30,096 nucleotides of DNA from Candidatus Eiseniibacteriota bacterium (GCA_043809585.1 JBDROZ010000088.1:62001-92096), one strand, 5' to 3'. Positions 9,850-20,134 are shown, counted from the stretch's first letter. Notes: generated by a model not told the origin, from the sequence alone. Translations and numbers: made by a program.

Positions 9850-10232
9850 GGGGCCCTCACCCCGCTCTTCTTCCCCGGCCCCGCATGACGTAGCGACGAA
9901 GAGGGGCGGCGATCGCGATGAAGATCAGTACGGGCGGCAGAATCCCTCTCACCAAAGACAGGAGCGGAGGAAAATCGTTCGCGGCGGATCGCGGAGACGG
10001 AAGTCCCGTCGCGCAACAAACAAGAAACCAACAGGTTGACCATTCACACGGCGGAGCGCCGCACATACATTCACACCGCTCCGTTCCGGTCCCGTTCGCG
10101 CGCTTCAATCGCACCGGATCGAAAACGGGCGCGGGCGGTGATTCTCATCCGTTTCCCCGCCCTCCGATCGGACCGGGTGTTTCGCCGTCCCTTCGTACCG
10201 CACTTCCCGGTGTTTTCCCAGACCGGATCGTG

Positions 10233-10238
10233 TATAAT
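10233..10238 (+). promoter_or_regulatory. Possible -10 element
   Basis: TATAAT about 55 nt upstream of ATG 10293; no convincing -35. Confidence 0.4.
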
Positions 10239-10292
10239 CCCATTGTCTATTCATGAAGCTCCGAATCCATCCCCGGCAGGAAGGAAGATCCC

Positions 10293-11627
10293 ATGCCCCG
10301 TCCCTTCCTCCGCCTTCTCGGACCGGCCCTCGTGCTTCTCTTCTCCTCCACCGCCCTCCCCCGAACGTGGGTGGTGCGGCCCGACGGAACCGGCGACGCG
10401 CCGACCATCGCGGCGGCCATCGACTCGGTCAACTCCGGCGACGACGTGATCGAACTCATGGACGGTACCTTCACCGGTGAAGGGAACCGGGATCTGACCA
10501 ACGGAGAGAAGACGATCGTGATCCGTTCGGCGAGCGGCAATCCGGCCGCCTGCGTGATCGATTGCGAGGGGAGCGAGACCGATCCCCACGAGTTCATCGC
10601 CTTCTGGGGAGGCGGGTGAAAGGACTCGATCACCCTGGGTCTTCAGGGTGTCACGATCACCGGAGCCTACGGCCCGTCGGGACCGGCGGTCCTGGTCGGC
10701 GAGGGCATGCCGGTCGAGCTCGACAACTGCATCTTCTCGGGGAATACGGCGACCGGGGACGGCGGGGCGGTCTCCGGAGGCTCGGGCTATCCGCGCATCA
10801 CGAACTGCCTTTTCGAGAACAACTCGGCAAACCGGGGCGGAGCGATCGCCCTCGCTTATAGCGACCAGTGGATCGACCGATGCACGTTCACGGGCAACCG
10901 CGCCGTGGATGGAGGCGCCGTTTTCATTCGATCCGCCTCGGCATGCACCTTGGTCAGCTGCACCTTCGCGGACAACGAGGCGGACCGGGGAAGCGGGATC
11001 ACGCTGGTGACCACGACCTCGACACCCGCCGTGTTCGCCGCCAATCTCCTCGCCTTCGGGAATGTCGGGGAAGGGTTCTACTGGGACGGCGAGGGATCGA
11101 TCGAACTGAGCGACAACGACGTCTACGGAAACGAGGGGGGCGACTGGGTCGGATGGATCGCGGGCCTGGAGGGTCAAGACGGAAACGTGAGCGCGGACCC
11201 CCTCTTCTGCGATCTCGAGGGGGGCGATCTCACGCTGATGGACCTCTCCCCGTGCCTCCCCGAGAACAATCCTCGCGGGGTGCTGATCGGCGCTCACGGA
11301 AAAGGGTGCGCCACTCCGACCGCAGTGACTCCTGGCATCCCCGGACCGCCCGGCGCGATCGTTCTCGGCAACCATCCGAATCCCTTCAACCCGCGGACGA
11401 CGATCACGTTTCGACTGGTGGAAGAGAGCCGGGTGGTTCTCGCGGTTCACGACCTCGCCGGCCGCCGGGTCGCCGCGCTCACCGACCGCCGGTACGGTCC
11501 CGGCGCCTGGACCGTCGAGTGGAACGGGATCGACGGTCAGGGCCGGTCGGTCCCATCGGGCACGTACTTTCTGCTGCTGACCGCCGAGGGGGGGACCTTT
11601 TCGAGAAAGATCTCCCTCATCCGGTGA
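10293..11627 (+). CDS. Secreted right-handed parallel beta-helix (Pmp/pectin-lyase-like) protein with FlgD Ig-like C-terminal domain; in-frame UGA at codon 109 (candidate Sec)
   Basis: ORFs 10293-10619 and 10707-11627 share one frame, separated only by TGA 10617-10619; the linker reads KDSITLGLQGVTITGAYG. Signal peptide; PDGTGDAPTIAAAI; FxxN..GGA repeats; ADPLFC; NHPNPFNPRTTITF..DLAGRRV..SGTYF. 444 aa if read through. Confidence 0.8.
10620..10652 (+). promoter_or_regulatory. Candidate bacterial SECIS element
   Basis: 11-nt spacer after UGA, then CACCCUG-GGUCUU-CAGGGUG (10631-10650), extendable by GA/UC pairs with a bulged U at 10630. GGUCU starts at +19. Confidence 0.5.
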
Positions 11628-11659
11628 GCGGGCAGCAAATGGTGAATGACACCTATTTG

Positions 11660-13813
11660 CTATTTCCCGTATGAGCCCCGACCCGGTCTCGGATCGCTCT
11701 CATCCCGGGAAGGGACGCGGAGCCTCTCCAAGGTCCTTTCGACCTCTTCGGCCCTCGGGTGACCGGGGGAGAGAATCAGGAACTTCTCGAAGTGATGGAT
11801 CGCCCGGTCCGTCTTCCCGAGTACGAGAAGAGAGAGGGCGTAATCGAGGTGGGTCTCCCCGTCCCGCTCGTTCTCCTCGAGGAGGATCTCGAACTGCCGC
11901 GCCCCCTTCTCCGTCTCTCCCGACCTGCATAAGAGCACGGCCAGATTCCGCCGGGCCCTCCGGTCGGCGGGATCGATCTCGACGGCCCGCTCGAGGTAGG
12001 GAATTCCGGCCCCCCCGTTCGCCGTTCTCCCGAGGAGTGTGCCGAGCCGGACGAGCGGTTCCGGATCGTCCGGAGCGAGTTCGACGACGGCACGGTAGAC
12101 CGCCGCCGCGGGGCCGCCCAGTCCCCTTCTCTCGTAGGCGATCCCCTGCTTCAGCATGAACGTGCGGTAGATCTCGTCGCCCTTTCCCGCGGGATCGAGG
12201 TGGATCGCCGGGACGGCGGCCGGAGGGGCGGCGCGCTCGTAGATCTCGATGGTGGGCCCGAGGCCCCCTTCGGGCTCGAAGGTCCGGACGGGCCGGAACC
12301 GCCTATTCACCTCGTCATAGAAGCGATTCTGCACGGGATACCGCTCCGGGTCGGCTAGGTACCGGTCCCGGATGGAGCCGGACATCACGACGTAGTCGTA
12401 CCATTGATACGGCTCGAACTGATAGAACCGCGCGGACCGCCACCAGGAGACGTCATACGAAGGTATGGTGAACGTCGAGTAAACGGGACGGATCTCGAGG
12501 CCGGCGAGCAGGCGATCCCGAATCCCCCGAAACTCCGGGGCCTCGGCGTACTGCTCCCGCTCCACCGTCGAGTAGAGCTGGGGTCCGTGAGGTTCGGTGA
12601 GTACGAGGGACCCCGGCGGGACGTTCTTTTCGATCCACTCCCGCGCCGACCTCCTCGTGTCGGGCGCGGAGAGCCGCCGGTGGAGGTCCGCGATCCGGAA
12701 CCCCGGATAGAGGAGGAGAACCGCCGTCGCGCCGGCCAGCACGAGCCCCCGGCGGGGAAACGAGGGGGGAACGATCCGGAGGAGCGCGAGGGCGGCGAGG
12801 AGGGCGATCGCCGGGAAGGCGGGAAGAGGATAGTGCGGGTCCTGCATCCGGCTCATCGAGAGAAGGACGAAGAGCAGAATCGGGAAGGGCGCGAGAAGAA
12901 GCTCCTTCGTCCGGCGCCGGAGCACCACGGCCCCCCCGACCGCGGCGAGGAGGAGGAGGGAAGCGCCGAAGCCGGACGTGAATTGGCGCCACGCGCCGGG
13001 CACTCCCTCGGCCTCTCTTCCGAAATGCCCTTCCCTCATGTGGTAGAGCTGTCCCGCGAAGTCGTTCCGGAACGTCTCGAAGTCGAGGAGCACGTAGGGG
13101 GTGGCGGCCGTGAAGACCAGAACGGCGAGGAGGCAGGAGAAGATCAGGGTCTTGACGAAGGGCCGTTCCCCTCGGATCCAGAGGGCGAAGGGGAGGTTTA
13201 CGAGGAGCAGGGCGCCGGGGTACTTGGTGGCCGCGGCGAGCCCGACGGCGCCGGCGGCGAGCCAGAGATCCCGGCGCCCCCCCCGGTCCGCGTACTTCAC
13301 GAGGAAGAGGTAGGAAAGCGCCGCGAAGAAGGTCATGGCCACATCCACCTCGACGAACCGGCTCTTCTCGACATGCACGGCGTTTCCGGCAAGAAAGAGG
13401 GCGGCCGGGATCGCCGCCGAGGCCCCGCCCAGCCTCCACCCGGCGAGAAAGATCACGAAGACCGTGGCGGAGCCGAGAAGCGCCGTGAGTACCCTCCCCA
13501 AGAGTAGAAAGAGACCGGGATCGAGATGGGAGGCGAGCTGGAATGACGCGGAATCCGGGAAAGCGCCGAGCAGGTACCCGCCTCCGAAGACGAGCGCCTG
13601 CACGGCGAACTGCAGGTAGAAGTAGAGGGAAGGATAGATGAAGAAGTGGGGGTTGAAGTCGAACCCCTCGTGCCCCCAGGTCCAGAACTCCCACGCCCGC
13701 TTGACCGACACGGCCTCTTCGAACCAGTCGGGCAGCCCCCACCCGATGTGATGGAGACGGAGCAGGAGGGCGAGAAGGGCGATGATGAGGCCGAGCAGAT
13801 ACTTCCGTTTCAT
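11660..13813 (-). CDS. GT-C fold glycosyltransferase (PMT/ArnT-like, GT39/83) with C-terminal TPRs
   Basis: LLLRLHHIGWGLP..EE, YPSLYFYL, GRVLTALLGSATV, VDVAMTFF, GLAAATKYPG; many TM helices; TPR-like C-terminus (AVELAPDD, LERAVEIDPAD, RAIHHFEKFL). Confidence 0.82.
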   Translation of the reverse strand: MKRKYLLGLIIALLALLLRLHHIGWGLPDWFEEAVSVKRAWEFWTWGHEGFDFNPHFFIYPSLYFYLQFAVQALVFGGGYLLGAFPDSASFQLASHLDPGLFLLLGRVLTALLGSATVFVIFLAGWRLGGASAAIPAALFLAGNAVHVEKSRFVEVDVAMTFFAALSYLFLVKYADRGGRRDLWLAAGAVGLAAATKYPGALLLVNLPFALWIRGERPFVKTLIFSCLLAVLVFTAATPYVLLDFETFRNDFAGQLYHMREGHFGREAEGVPGAWRQFTSGFGASLLLLAAVGGAVVLRRRTKELLLAPFPILLFVLLSMSRMQDPHYPLPAFPAIALLAALALLRIVPPSFPRRGLVLAGATAVLLLYPGFRIADLHRRLSAPDTRRSAREWIEKNVPPGSLVLTEPHGPQLYSTVEREQYAEAPEFRGIRDRLLAGLEIRPVYSTFTIPSYDVSWWRSARFYQFEPYQWYDYVVMSGSIRDRYLADPERYPVQNRFYDEVNRRFRPVRTFEPEGGLGPTIEIYERAAPPAAVPAIHLDPAGKGDEIYRTFMLKQGIAYERRGLGGPAAAVYRAVVELAPDDPEPLVRLGTLLGRTANGGAGIPYLERAVEIDPADRRARRNLAVLLCRSGETEKGARQFEILLEENERDGETHLDYALSLLVLGKTDRAIHHFEKFLILSPGHPRAEEVERTLERLRVPSRDESDPRPGRGSYGK

Positions 13814-14196
13814 CGCCCTCCTTCAGCCCCTCCCTCTCGTACAATTCCGGCTCGCGAGGGGAGATCGGCATCATGATATCACACCCTCCGCGATCCCCCG
13901 CCCGCTCCTCCCCGGGAGGCCGGAAGCCGGCGGCTCCCGCCAAATCCGGCTTCGAGCGGTTCGGGCGGGAAACGGGTGTTGTGTCCCCGAAGGTGCCCAT
14001 CGGGCTTCGCCCGGAGAAGGTATTGGGGATTCAGCCGGGACTTTGGACTATCTTGGAGACATACGAAAGAAAGGCACCCTTGCCCGAGTATCGAGGGCCG
14101 ATGAACCCTGTCTTTCGTTCCCCCCCCCATTTTCCGGTTTTCCGGTTCCGCTGTTCCTGAAAACCGCGGCGCCACACTCATGATGGAGGATCAGCC

Positions 14197-14583
14197 ATGC
14201 GGATCAAGAAAGAGGACATCCCGGTCAAGATCGACATTCCGGGCGCCAAGGCCCGGCAGAAGACAGATTTCGGCGATGTGAACGGATACGGAAAGATCGG
14301 CGGCGAGTACTTCTCCCTCGCCGCGGGAACGGACATCACGCCGCTGCTACAGGGCCTGGAGGGCGACCTCTGCCAATCCCCTCACTGGGGCTATCTGTTG
14401 GAGGGTGAAGTCACCGTCACCTTCGCCGACGGAGCGAAGGAGACGACGAAGGGGGGAGATCTCTTCTACTGGCCCCCCGGGCACACGGTGAAAGTCGGCG
14501 CGGACGCCGAAGTCATCCTCTTCAGCCCCCAGCACGAGCACACGAAGGTCATCGACCACATGCTCGAGAAGATGAAGGGTTAG
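14197..14583 (+). CDS. Cupin domain protein
   Basis: RBS GGAGG; CQSPHWGYLLEGEVTV and GDLFYWPPGH cupin motifs; 128 aa with strong GC3 bias. Confidence 0.85.
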   Translation: MRIKKEDIPVKIDIPGAKARQKTDFGDVNGYGKIGGEYFSLAAGTDITPLLQGLEGDLCQSPHWGYLLEGEVTVTFADGAKETTKGGDLFYWPPGHTVKVGADAEVILFSPQHEHTKVIDHMLEKMKG

Positions 14584-14719
14584 TCGGACCGGCGCGAAAT
14601 GCCGGTCCCGGCGCCTTGGGCATCAATCTCGGCCCATCGGTATTACGGAATTCACTATGACGAGGGCGTCCCCCCGGGCGCTCTCGTCGCTTGCTTACCA
14701 AAAACTGGGCTGTCCCCGG

Positions 14720-14803
14720 TCTTCCCGGCATGGCCAAGCCCTCCCGGTAGAGGGACTCGGATTCTTCGTACCTCTCCATAGACTTCGAGAGGGCCGCGAG
14801 GAT
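14720..14803 (-). pseudogene. Possible single-TPR gene remnant
   Basis: Minus strand reads ILAALSKSMERYEESESLYREGLAM, resembling kinesin-light-chain-type TPRs (GRYEEAEPLYREALAM); no intact gene context. Confidence 0.35.
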
Positions 14804-14807
14804 GGCG

Positions 14808-14816
14808 TGCTATCAT
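14808..14816 (+). promoter_or_regulatory. Possible extended -10 promoter for the FG-GAP gene pair
   Basis: TGCTATCAT followed by an AT-rich tract (about 14840-14890). Confidence 0.3.
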
Positions 14817-15043
14817 GCGAGCGTCAGCGTTTTGAGCCGAGATTTTATGAAAGATCAAGGTTAAGTTCCTTAATCGTTAATCACATACGCCACGTCGGCT
14901 CAGGTCCCCTCCTCGAGCCGACGTTTCCCGTTCCCGGAGCCGGTTACCCCTTTTGCCGGTACCTTGCGCCTTACAGGGTGAGGAGATGAATCGATTCTTC
15001 TCCACCCGCTAGCCGAAGGCAATTCTCAACGAGGAGGTTTCTC

Positions 15044-18000
15044 ATGTCCGGTCTTTCCCCATCCCACTCGGAAAAACGATTTCGCGGCCGTTCATTTTCT
15101 CATCTGCGATTCGGGATTACTGCGCTCCTTCTTGCGGTTCTTACTCTGTTCCCGGCCTCGTACGCTTTCGGAATCTCCCGTGAGCTTCTGATCAGGCCGC
15201 TCGGCGGGGCGGCGTATGACCAATTCGGTAAATCGGTCGCATCGGCGGGGGACGTGAACGGGGACGGCTACGACGACTTGATCGTCGGGGCGCCCTTCAA
15301 CGATGCGGGGGGTGGTGACGCGGGCGGCGCGTATCTCTACTATGGCGGTCCTTCCGCCGGCGTCACCGCGGATCTTGTGCTCACCGGCGAGACGGCGTCC
15401 GACTTCTTCGGCTGCTCGGTCGCGCCGGCAGGGGACGTGAACGGGGACGGGTACGACGACCTGATCATCGGTGCGTTTCGTGCGGGGGACTCGGGGGAAG
15501 GACGCGCGTACGTCTACTTCGGTGGGCTTTTCCCCGACGCCACGGCGGACCTCGTTCTTACCGGCGAGGCGACGGATGACCAATTCGGCTCCTCGGTCGC
15601 ATCGGCGGGAGATGTTAACGGGGACGGGTACATCGACCTGATCGTCGGAGCGGAGGGAAACGACTGGGTGGGCGATTACGCGGGCCGCGCGTATCTCTAC
15701 CATGGCGGCCCGTCCGCCGACTCCACGGCGGATCTCGTTTTCAACGGCCTGACGGCGGGCGACCACTTCGGCCAATCGGTCGCATCGGCGGGGGACGTGA
15801 ACGGGGACGGTTGCGCCGACCTGATCGTCGGGGCAACCGGTAACGACACGGGAGGCTCGGACGCGGGGGGGGCGTACCTTTTCTACGGCGGTCCGTCTGC
15901 CGACGCCACGATAGATCTCGTGCTCACCGGCGAGGCGATGCAGGACTATTTCGGCTACTCGGTCGCATCGGCGGGGGACGTGAACGGGGACGGCTACGCC
16001 GACATGATCGTCGGGGCGATCTATAACGGTGCGGGGGGCCTGCACGCGGGCCGTGCCTATCTCTACCATGGAGGCCCTTCCGCCGACGGCGCGGCGGACC
16101 TAGTCATGACCGGCGAGGCGGCGAACGACTACTTCGGCGCCTCGGTCGCACCGGCGGGGGATGTGAACAGGGACGGGTATGGCGACCTGATCGTCGGGGC
16201 GGGCGGCAACGACGCGGGGGGCTCGCAGGCGGGCAACGCGTATCTCTTCTATGGCGGCCCTTCCGCCGATAACACCCCGGACCTCGGGCTCATGGGCGAG
16301 ACGCCGAGCGGCGGTTTCGGCTACTCGGTCGCATCGGCGGGGGACGTGGACGGAGACGGCTACGCCGACCTGATCATCGGGGCGGGCTATGTCGATGCGG
16401 CCGGCACGGACGCCGGGGCCGCCTATGTGTACTCCCTCTACCCTTACCGTCTGCTCGAGCCGAACGGCGGGGAGCAGTGGGTGGCGGGCGAACCAGCAAC
16501 GGTCCGCTGGCGGGGACACGATCCGGCCGACCTGTCGATCTCCTACGACGGCGGTTCCTCTTGGAACACCCTTGCCGTCGGTGCGGGAGGCCTGTCCGAG
16601 AACGAACACACGTTGATCGCTCCCGCGGTAGCCACCGAACATGCCCTGGCCCGTCTGAGCTACACGGGCCAGGGGGCGGCGATAGGGACCTTCGACAGGA
16701 GCGATGAGTTCTTTCGAATCGTACTACCCGCCCCACCCCCGGCCGCAGTCAGTCGCCTCCAGATCGCCCCGATCGGCGAGGAATTTAGCGAAAACCTCGG
16801 TTTCTCGGTCGCATCGGCGGGAGACGTAAACGGGGACGGCTACGCCGACATGATCGTCGGGGCGACCGGTAATAACACGGGGGGCTCGGACGCGGGGGCT
16901 GCCTATCTCTACCATGGCGGCCCTTCCGCCGACACCACGGCGGATCTCATGCTCACCGGCGAGGCGGCGGACGACTACTTCGGCATCTCGGTCGCACCGG
17001 CGGGGGACGTAAACGGGGACGGCTATCCCGATCTCATCGTCGGGGCGCACGGCAACGATGCGGGAGGAAGTAGCGCGGGCCGCGCGTATCTCTTCCATGG
17101 CGGCCCGTCCGCCGATACCACGGCGGACCTCGTCTTTACCGGCGAGGCTGCGAGCGACTACTTCGGCTACTCAGTCGCGTCGGCGGGAGACGTGAACGGG
17201 GATGGCTACGCCGACATGATCGTCGGGGCGAATGGCAGCAATGCGGGGGGCAGCAACGCGGGCCGTGCGTATCTCTACCATGGAGGCCCATCCGCCGACG
17301 GCACGGCGGATCTCGTCTTCACCGGCGAGGCGGCGGACGACTACTTCGGCCGGTCGGTCGCATCGGCGGGGGACGTGAACGGGGAGGGGTCCGACGACAT
17401 GATCCTCGGGGCGATCAATACCGCTGGGGGGGGGAGCAACGCAGGCCGCGCCTATCTCTACCATGGAGGCCCTTCCGCCGACGGCGCGGCGGACCTAGTG
17501 TTTACGGGCGAAGCGGCGGACGACTACTTCGGCTACTCGGTCGCATCGGCGGGGGACATGAACGGGGACGGCTACGCCGACCTGTTTGTCGGGGCGCCCC
17601 GCAACGATGCGGGGGGCGGCGACGCGGGCCGTGCCTATCTCTACTACGGCGGCCCTTCCTGCGACACGACGGCGGACCTCGTCTTCATGGGCGAGGCGGC
17701 GGGCGATTGGTTTGGCAACTCGGTCGCATCGGAGGGAGACGCGAACAACGACGGTTATCCCGACCTGATCGTCGGAGCGCTGTATTGCGACGCGGGGGGC
17801 ACCGACGCGGGCCGTGCCTATCTCTACTATGGAGGCCTTTCCGCGGACGCTACGGTGGACCAGGTTTTCACCGGTGAGACGGGTGGTGACTACTTCGGCC
17901 GGTCCGTCGCATCGGCGGGGGACGTGAACGGCGACGGCTACGCCGACCTGATCATCGGGGCGGACCGCAACGATGAGGGGAACGGCAACGCGGGCCGCGC

Positions 18001-18862
18001 GTATCTCTACGACTGTAACCGCTATTTCGTGACGGCCCCCGACGGGGGGGAGATCTGGAACGTCGGCACCACCCGGACAGTTTCCTGGCTAGGCCGGGAG
18101 CCGGCGGATGTCTGGCTCTCCGTGGATGGAGGCGCCAGCTACGACCTTCTGAAGGGTGGGGCGGGGGGAAGCGAGTCGAACTCGATTCCACTTCTGGTTC
18201 CCCACCAGCCGAGTCGTTTCGCCCTGATCAAGGTGACGTCCAGCGATCCTTCGATCGGCGGGGAGGACCCCTCCGACTCCCTCTTCACCATCGACGCCTC
18301 GGTGACGTTGCTCGCCTTCAAAGCGGGTCCCACGGAGGATGGAACATCGGGCGCGCTTCTGAGCTGGGAGACCGACCCCGGTCCCGAGGAGCTTTCCGGG
18401 TACAAACTGGAGATGCGTTCCGCCGGCTCCTCCCTATGGAGCACCCTGGTCTCACTGACCCGGAACAACTCACACCACCACCGAGAGGGGGGGGCGGGAA
18501 CTCACTACCGTCTGACCGCCGTGAACGGTTTGGGCGAAGAGATGATGCTCGGCGAGGTGGGTCTGCGGCCGATCGATCCCCTCTCCGCGTGGCCTCTCCC
18601 CTACCGTCAGGGGAACCTCTCCATCTTCTTCGCCACCCATGGCGGCCTCGGCGGAGGGGAAGGCCGTGCGGAAGTCGATATCTTTGACATTCGGGGACGC
18701 CATATCAAGAGCGTCGCCCGGGGAGAGTACACGGCGGGAGTGCAGACCGCCACCTGGGATGGCCGAAACGAGAAAGGCCGGAAGGTCTCCACGGGAACCT
18801 ACTTCCTCCGGGCGACCAGCGCCGGCCAGTGCGAGACCCGGAAGGTGGTGGTGATCCGATGA
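15044..18862 (+). CDS. Secreted FG-GAP (integrin-alpha-like) repeat protein: two 7-repeat propellers, each followed by a PxGGE Ig-like module, plus C-terminal FlgD-like domain
   Basis: RBS GAGGAGG; signal peptide; 14 FG.SVA.AGDVNGDG..D repeats (7+7) with ~60 aa period; EPNGGEQW and APDGGEIW modules; IFDIRGRHI..WDGRNEKGRKVSTGTYF. Confidence 0.92.
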   Translation: MSGLSPSHSEKRFRGRSFSHLRFGITALLLAVLTLFPASYAFGISRELLIRPLGGAAYDQFGKSVASAGDVNGDGYDDLIVGAPFNDAGGGDAGGAYLYYGGPSAGVTADLVLTGETASDFFGCSVAPAGDVNGDGYDDLIIGAFRAGDSGEGRAYVYFGGLFPDATADLVLTGEATDDQFGSSVASAGDVNGDGYIDLIVGAEGNDWVGDYAGRAYLYHGGPSADSTADLVFNGLTAGDHFGQSVASAGDVNGDGCADLIVGATGNDTGGSDAGGAYLFYGGPSADATIDLVLTGEAMQDYFGYSVASAGDVNGDGYADMIVGAIYNGAGGLHAGRAYLYHGGPSADGAADLVMTGEAANDYFGASVAPAGDVNRDGYGDLIVGAGGNDAGGSQAGNAYLFYGGPSADNTPDLGLMGETPSGGFGYSVASAGDVDGDGYADLIIGAGYVDAAGTDAGAAYVYSLYPYRLLEPNGGEQWVAGEPATVRWRGHDPADLSISYDGGSSWNTLAVGAGGLSENEHTLIAPAVATEHALARLSYTGQGAAIGTFDRSDEFFRIVLPAPPPAAVSRLQIAPIGEEFSENLGFSVASAGDVNGDGYADMIVGATGNNTGGSDAGAAYLYHGGPSADTTADLMLTGEAADDYFGISVAPAGDVNGDGYPDLIVGAHGNDAGGSSAGRAYLFHGGPSADTTADLVFTGEAASDYFGYSVASAGDVNGDGYADMIVGANGSNAGGSNAGRAYLYHGGPSADGTADLVFTGEAADDYFGRSVASAGDVNGEGSDDMILGAINTAGGGSNAGRAYLYHGGPSADGAADLVFTGEAADDYFGYSVASAGDMNGDGYADLFVGAPRNDAGGGDAGRAYLYYGGPSCDTTADLVFMGEAAGDWFGNSVASEGDANNDGYPDLIVGALYCDAGGTDAGRAYLYYGGLSADATVDQVFTGETGGDYFGRSVASAGDVNGDGYADLIIGADRNDEGNGNAGRAYLYDCNRYFVTAPDGGEIWNVGTTRTVSWLGREPADVWLSVDGGASYDLLKGGAGGSESNSIPLLVPHQPSRFALIKVTSSDPSIGGEDPSDSLFTIDASVTLLAFKAGPTEDGTSGALLSWETDPGPEELSGYKLEMRSAGSSLWSTLVSLTRNNSHHHREGGAGTHYRLTAVNGLGEEMMLGEVGLRPIDPLSAWPLPYRQGNLSIFFATHGGLGGGEGRAEVDIFDIRGRHIKSVARGEYTAGVQTATWDGRNEKGRKVSTGTYFLRATSAGQCETRKVVVIR

Positions 18863-19974
18863 TGAGGAGACTCTTGCTCCTCTCTCTCGCGGGGGCGTTT
18901 TCGCTGACACCAATCCCCTCTCACGGGGTCGCTCTCTTTGGTCTGGTGAACACGGGGGAGATCTTTACCTCGGGCGACGGCGGGGTGACCTGGACGGTTC
19001 TCTCCGCCCTCCCCGTGCGTGACGCGGTTGCCCTGCTGGCTCTCGACCAACCGGCGGAACTCTATCTCTCGACGGTGAGCGGTTCGGCCTTTCGTTCCAT
19101 CGACGGCGGCAGCACGTGGAGCCCGGTGGGTGTGGTGAACGCGAGCGACGTGACGGGGATGACGTCGACACCGGCCGGCGGTCTTCTGCTTCTCACGCGG
19201 GCCGGGACGGTCTGGCTCTCCCGAGACCAGGGAGCGAGTTTTGCGGCGCACGGGACCATGGTCGCTTCCAATCTCGTGAGCATCGCGTTCGATCCGTACT
19301 CTCTGAAACACTATGCGCTCACGTCCACCGGCGAGGTGGCGATGAGCGATGACGACGGGGAAGTATGGCTGAGCGTAGGTTCCCTGCCCGTATCCGACGC
19401 GATGGCGATACAACCCCACAACTACGCCCTCTATGTGTTAACGAGCAGGGGCACGATCTACGAGAGCACCGACGAGGCCGCCTCCTGGACGCCGATCAGC
19501 TCTCTTTCTCAGGTACACATGACCTCTCTCATATCGGATGGCACGAATCTCTACGCCGTTACCAGCGAAGGAGAGGTGGCGTCTTCACCGGACGGTGTGA
19601 ACTGGAGCTGGGAAGGTGCGATCAACCAGGTTTCCGTGATGGCTTTGGGAACGGACCGGCCTGCGGGGACCGGCCTACCCGGCGGAATATCGTCCGGTCT
19701 CTCTCTTTCTCTCGATACGCCATCACCCAATCCGCGGACGGGAACGACTCCGACTGTTTTTTCCTTCAACCTCCCGCAGGGAGAGACAGTCCGTTTCGAT
19801 CTGTATGATATTCGAGGGCGTCTCGTCGTGCGCCGGTCTACGGAACGATTCTCCACGACCGGCCGCCAATCGATCGAGTGGAACCCAGGCGAGTTGCCGA
19901 CGGGGGTCTATTTCGTGAGGCTTTCCACCGGATCGGGAGCGGCTACAAGCACGAAGTGGTCGGTCGTGAGATAG
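18859..19974 (+). CDS. Secreted Asp-box beta-propeller (Ycf48/VPS10-like) protein with T9SS/FlgD-like C-terminal domain
   Basis: ATGA overlap with the upstream stop; signal peptide MMRRLLLLSLAG; SGDGGVTW, SIDGGSTW, SRDQGASF, SDDDGEVW, STDEAASW; PSPNP..LYDIRGRLV..TGVYFVRL. Confidence 0.8.
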   Translation: MMRRLLLLSLAGAFSLTPIPSHGVALFGLVNTGEIFTSGDGGVTWTVLSALPVRDAVALLALDQPAELYLSTVSGSAFRSIDGGSTWSPVGVVNASDVTGMTSTPAGGLLLLTRAGTVWLSRDQGASFAAHGTMVASNLVSIAFDPYSLKHYALTSTGEVAMSDDDGEVWLSVGSLPVSDAMAIQPHNYALYVLTSRGTIYESTDEAASWTPISSLSQVHMTSLISDGTNLYAVTSEGEVASSPDGVNWSWEGAINQVSVMALGTDRPAGTGLPGGISSGLSLSLDTPSPNPRTGTTPTVFSFNLPQGETVRFDLYDIRGRLVVRRSTERFSTTGRQSIEWNPGELPTGVYFVRLSTGSGAATSTKWSVVR

Positions 19975-20134
19975 GCCCGACGTTCGATCTTTCTGCAGGG
20001 GTATGTTTCCGAGAGTCACCCTCGGTTTCGACAGGATTCCGAAGCGAGAGCCCAAGACGCGAGGCGAGGGCCGTTTCGGACGAGATGGCTCCGTCCGCTC
20101 CTCTCCGGGGCCACCCTCGGCTCCTCCCGTTCGA

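Noticed and set aside
9857-10114. Small Cys-rich ORF on the minus strand with a hydrophobic C-terminus
   Set aside because: No clear RBS, atypical codon usage and no recognisable motif; cannot be supported.
15200-18010. Diversity-generating retroelement template/variable repeats
   Set aside because: Repeats are in-frame protein repeats with no evident adenine-specific variation, and no reverse transcriptase is present.
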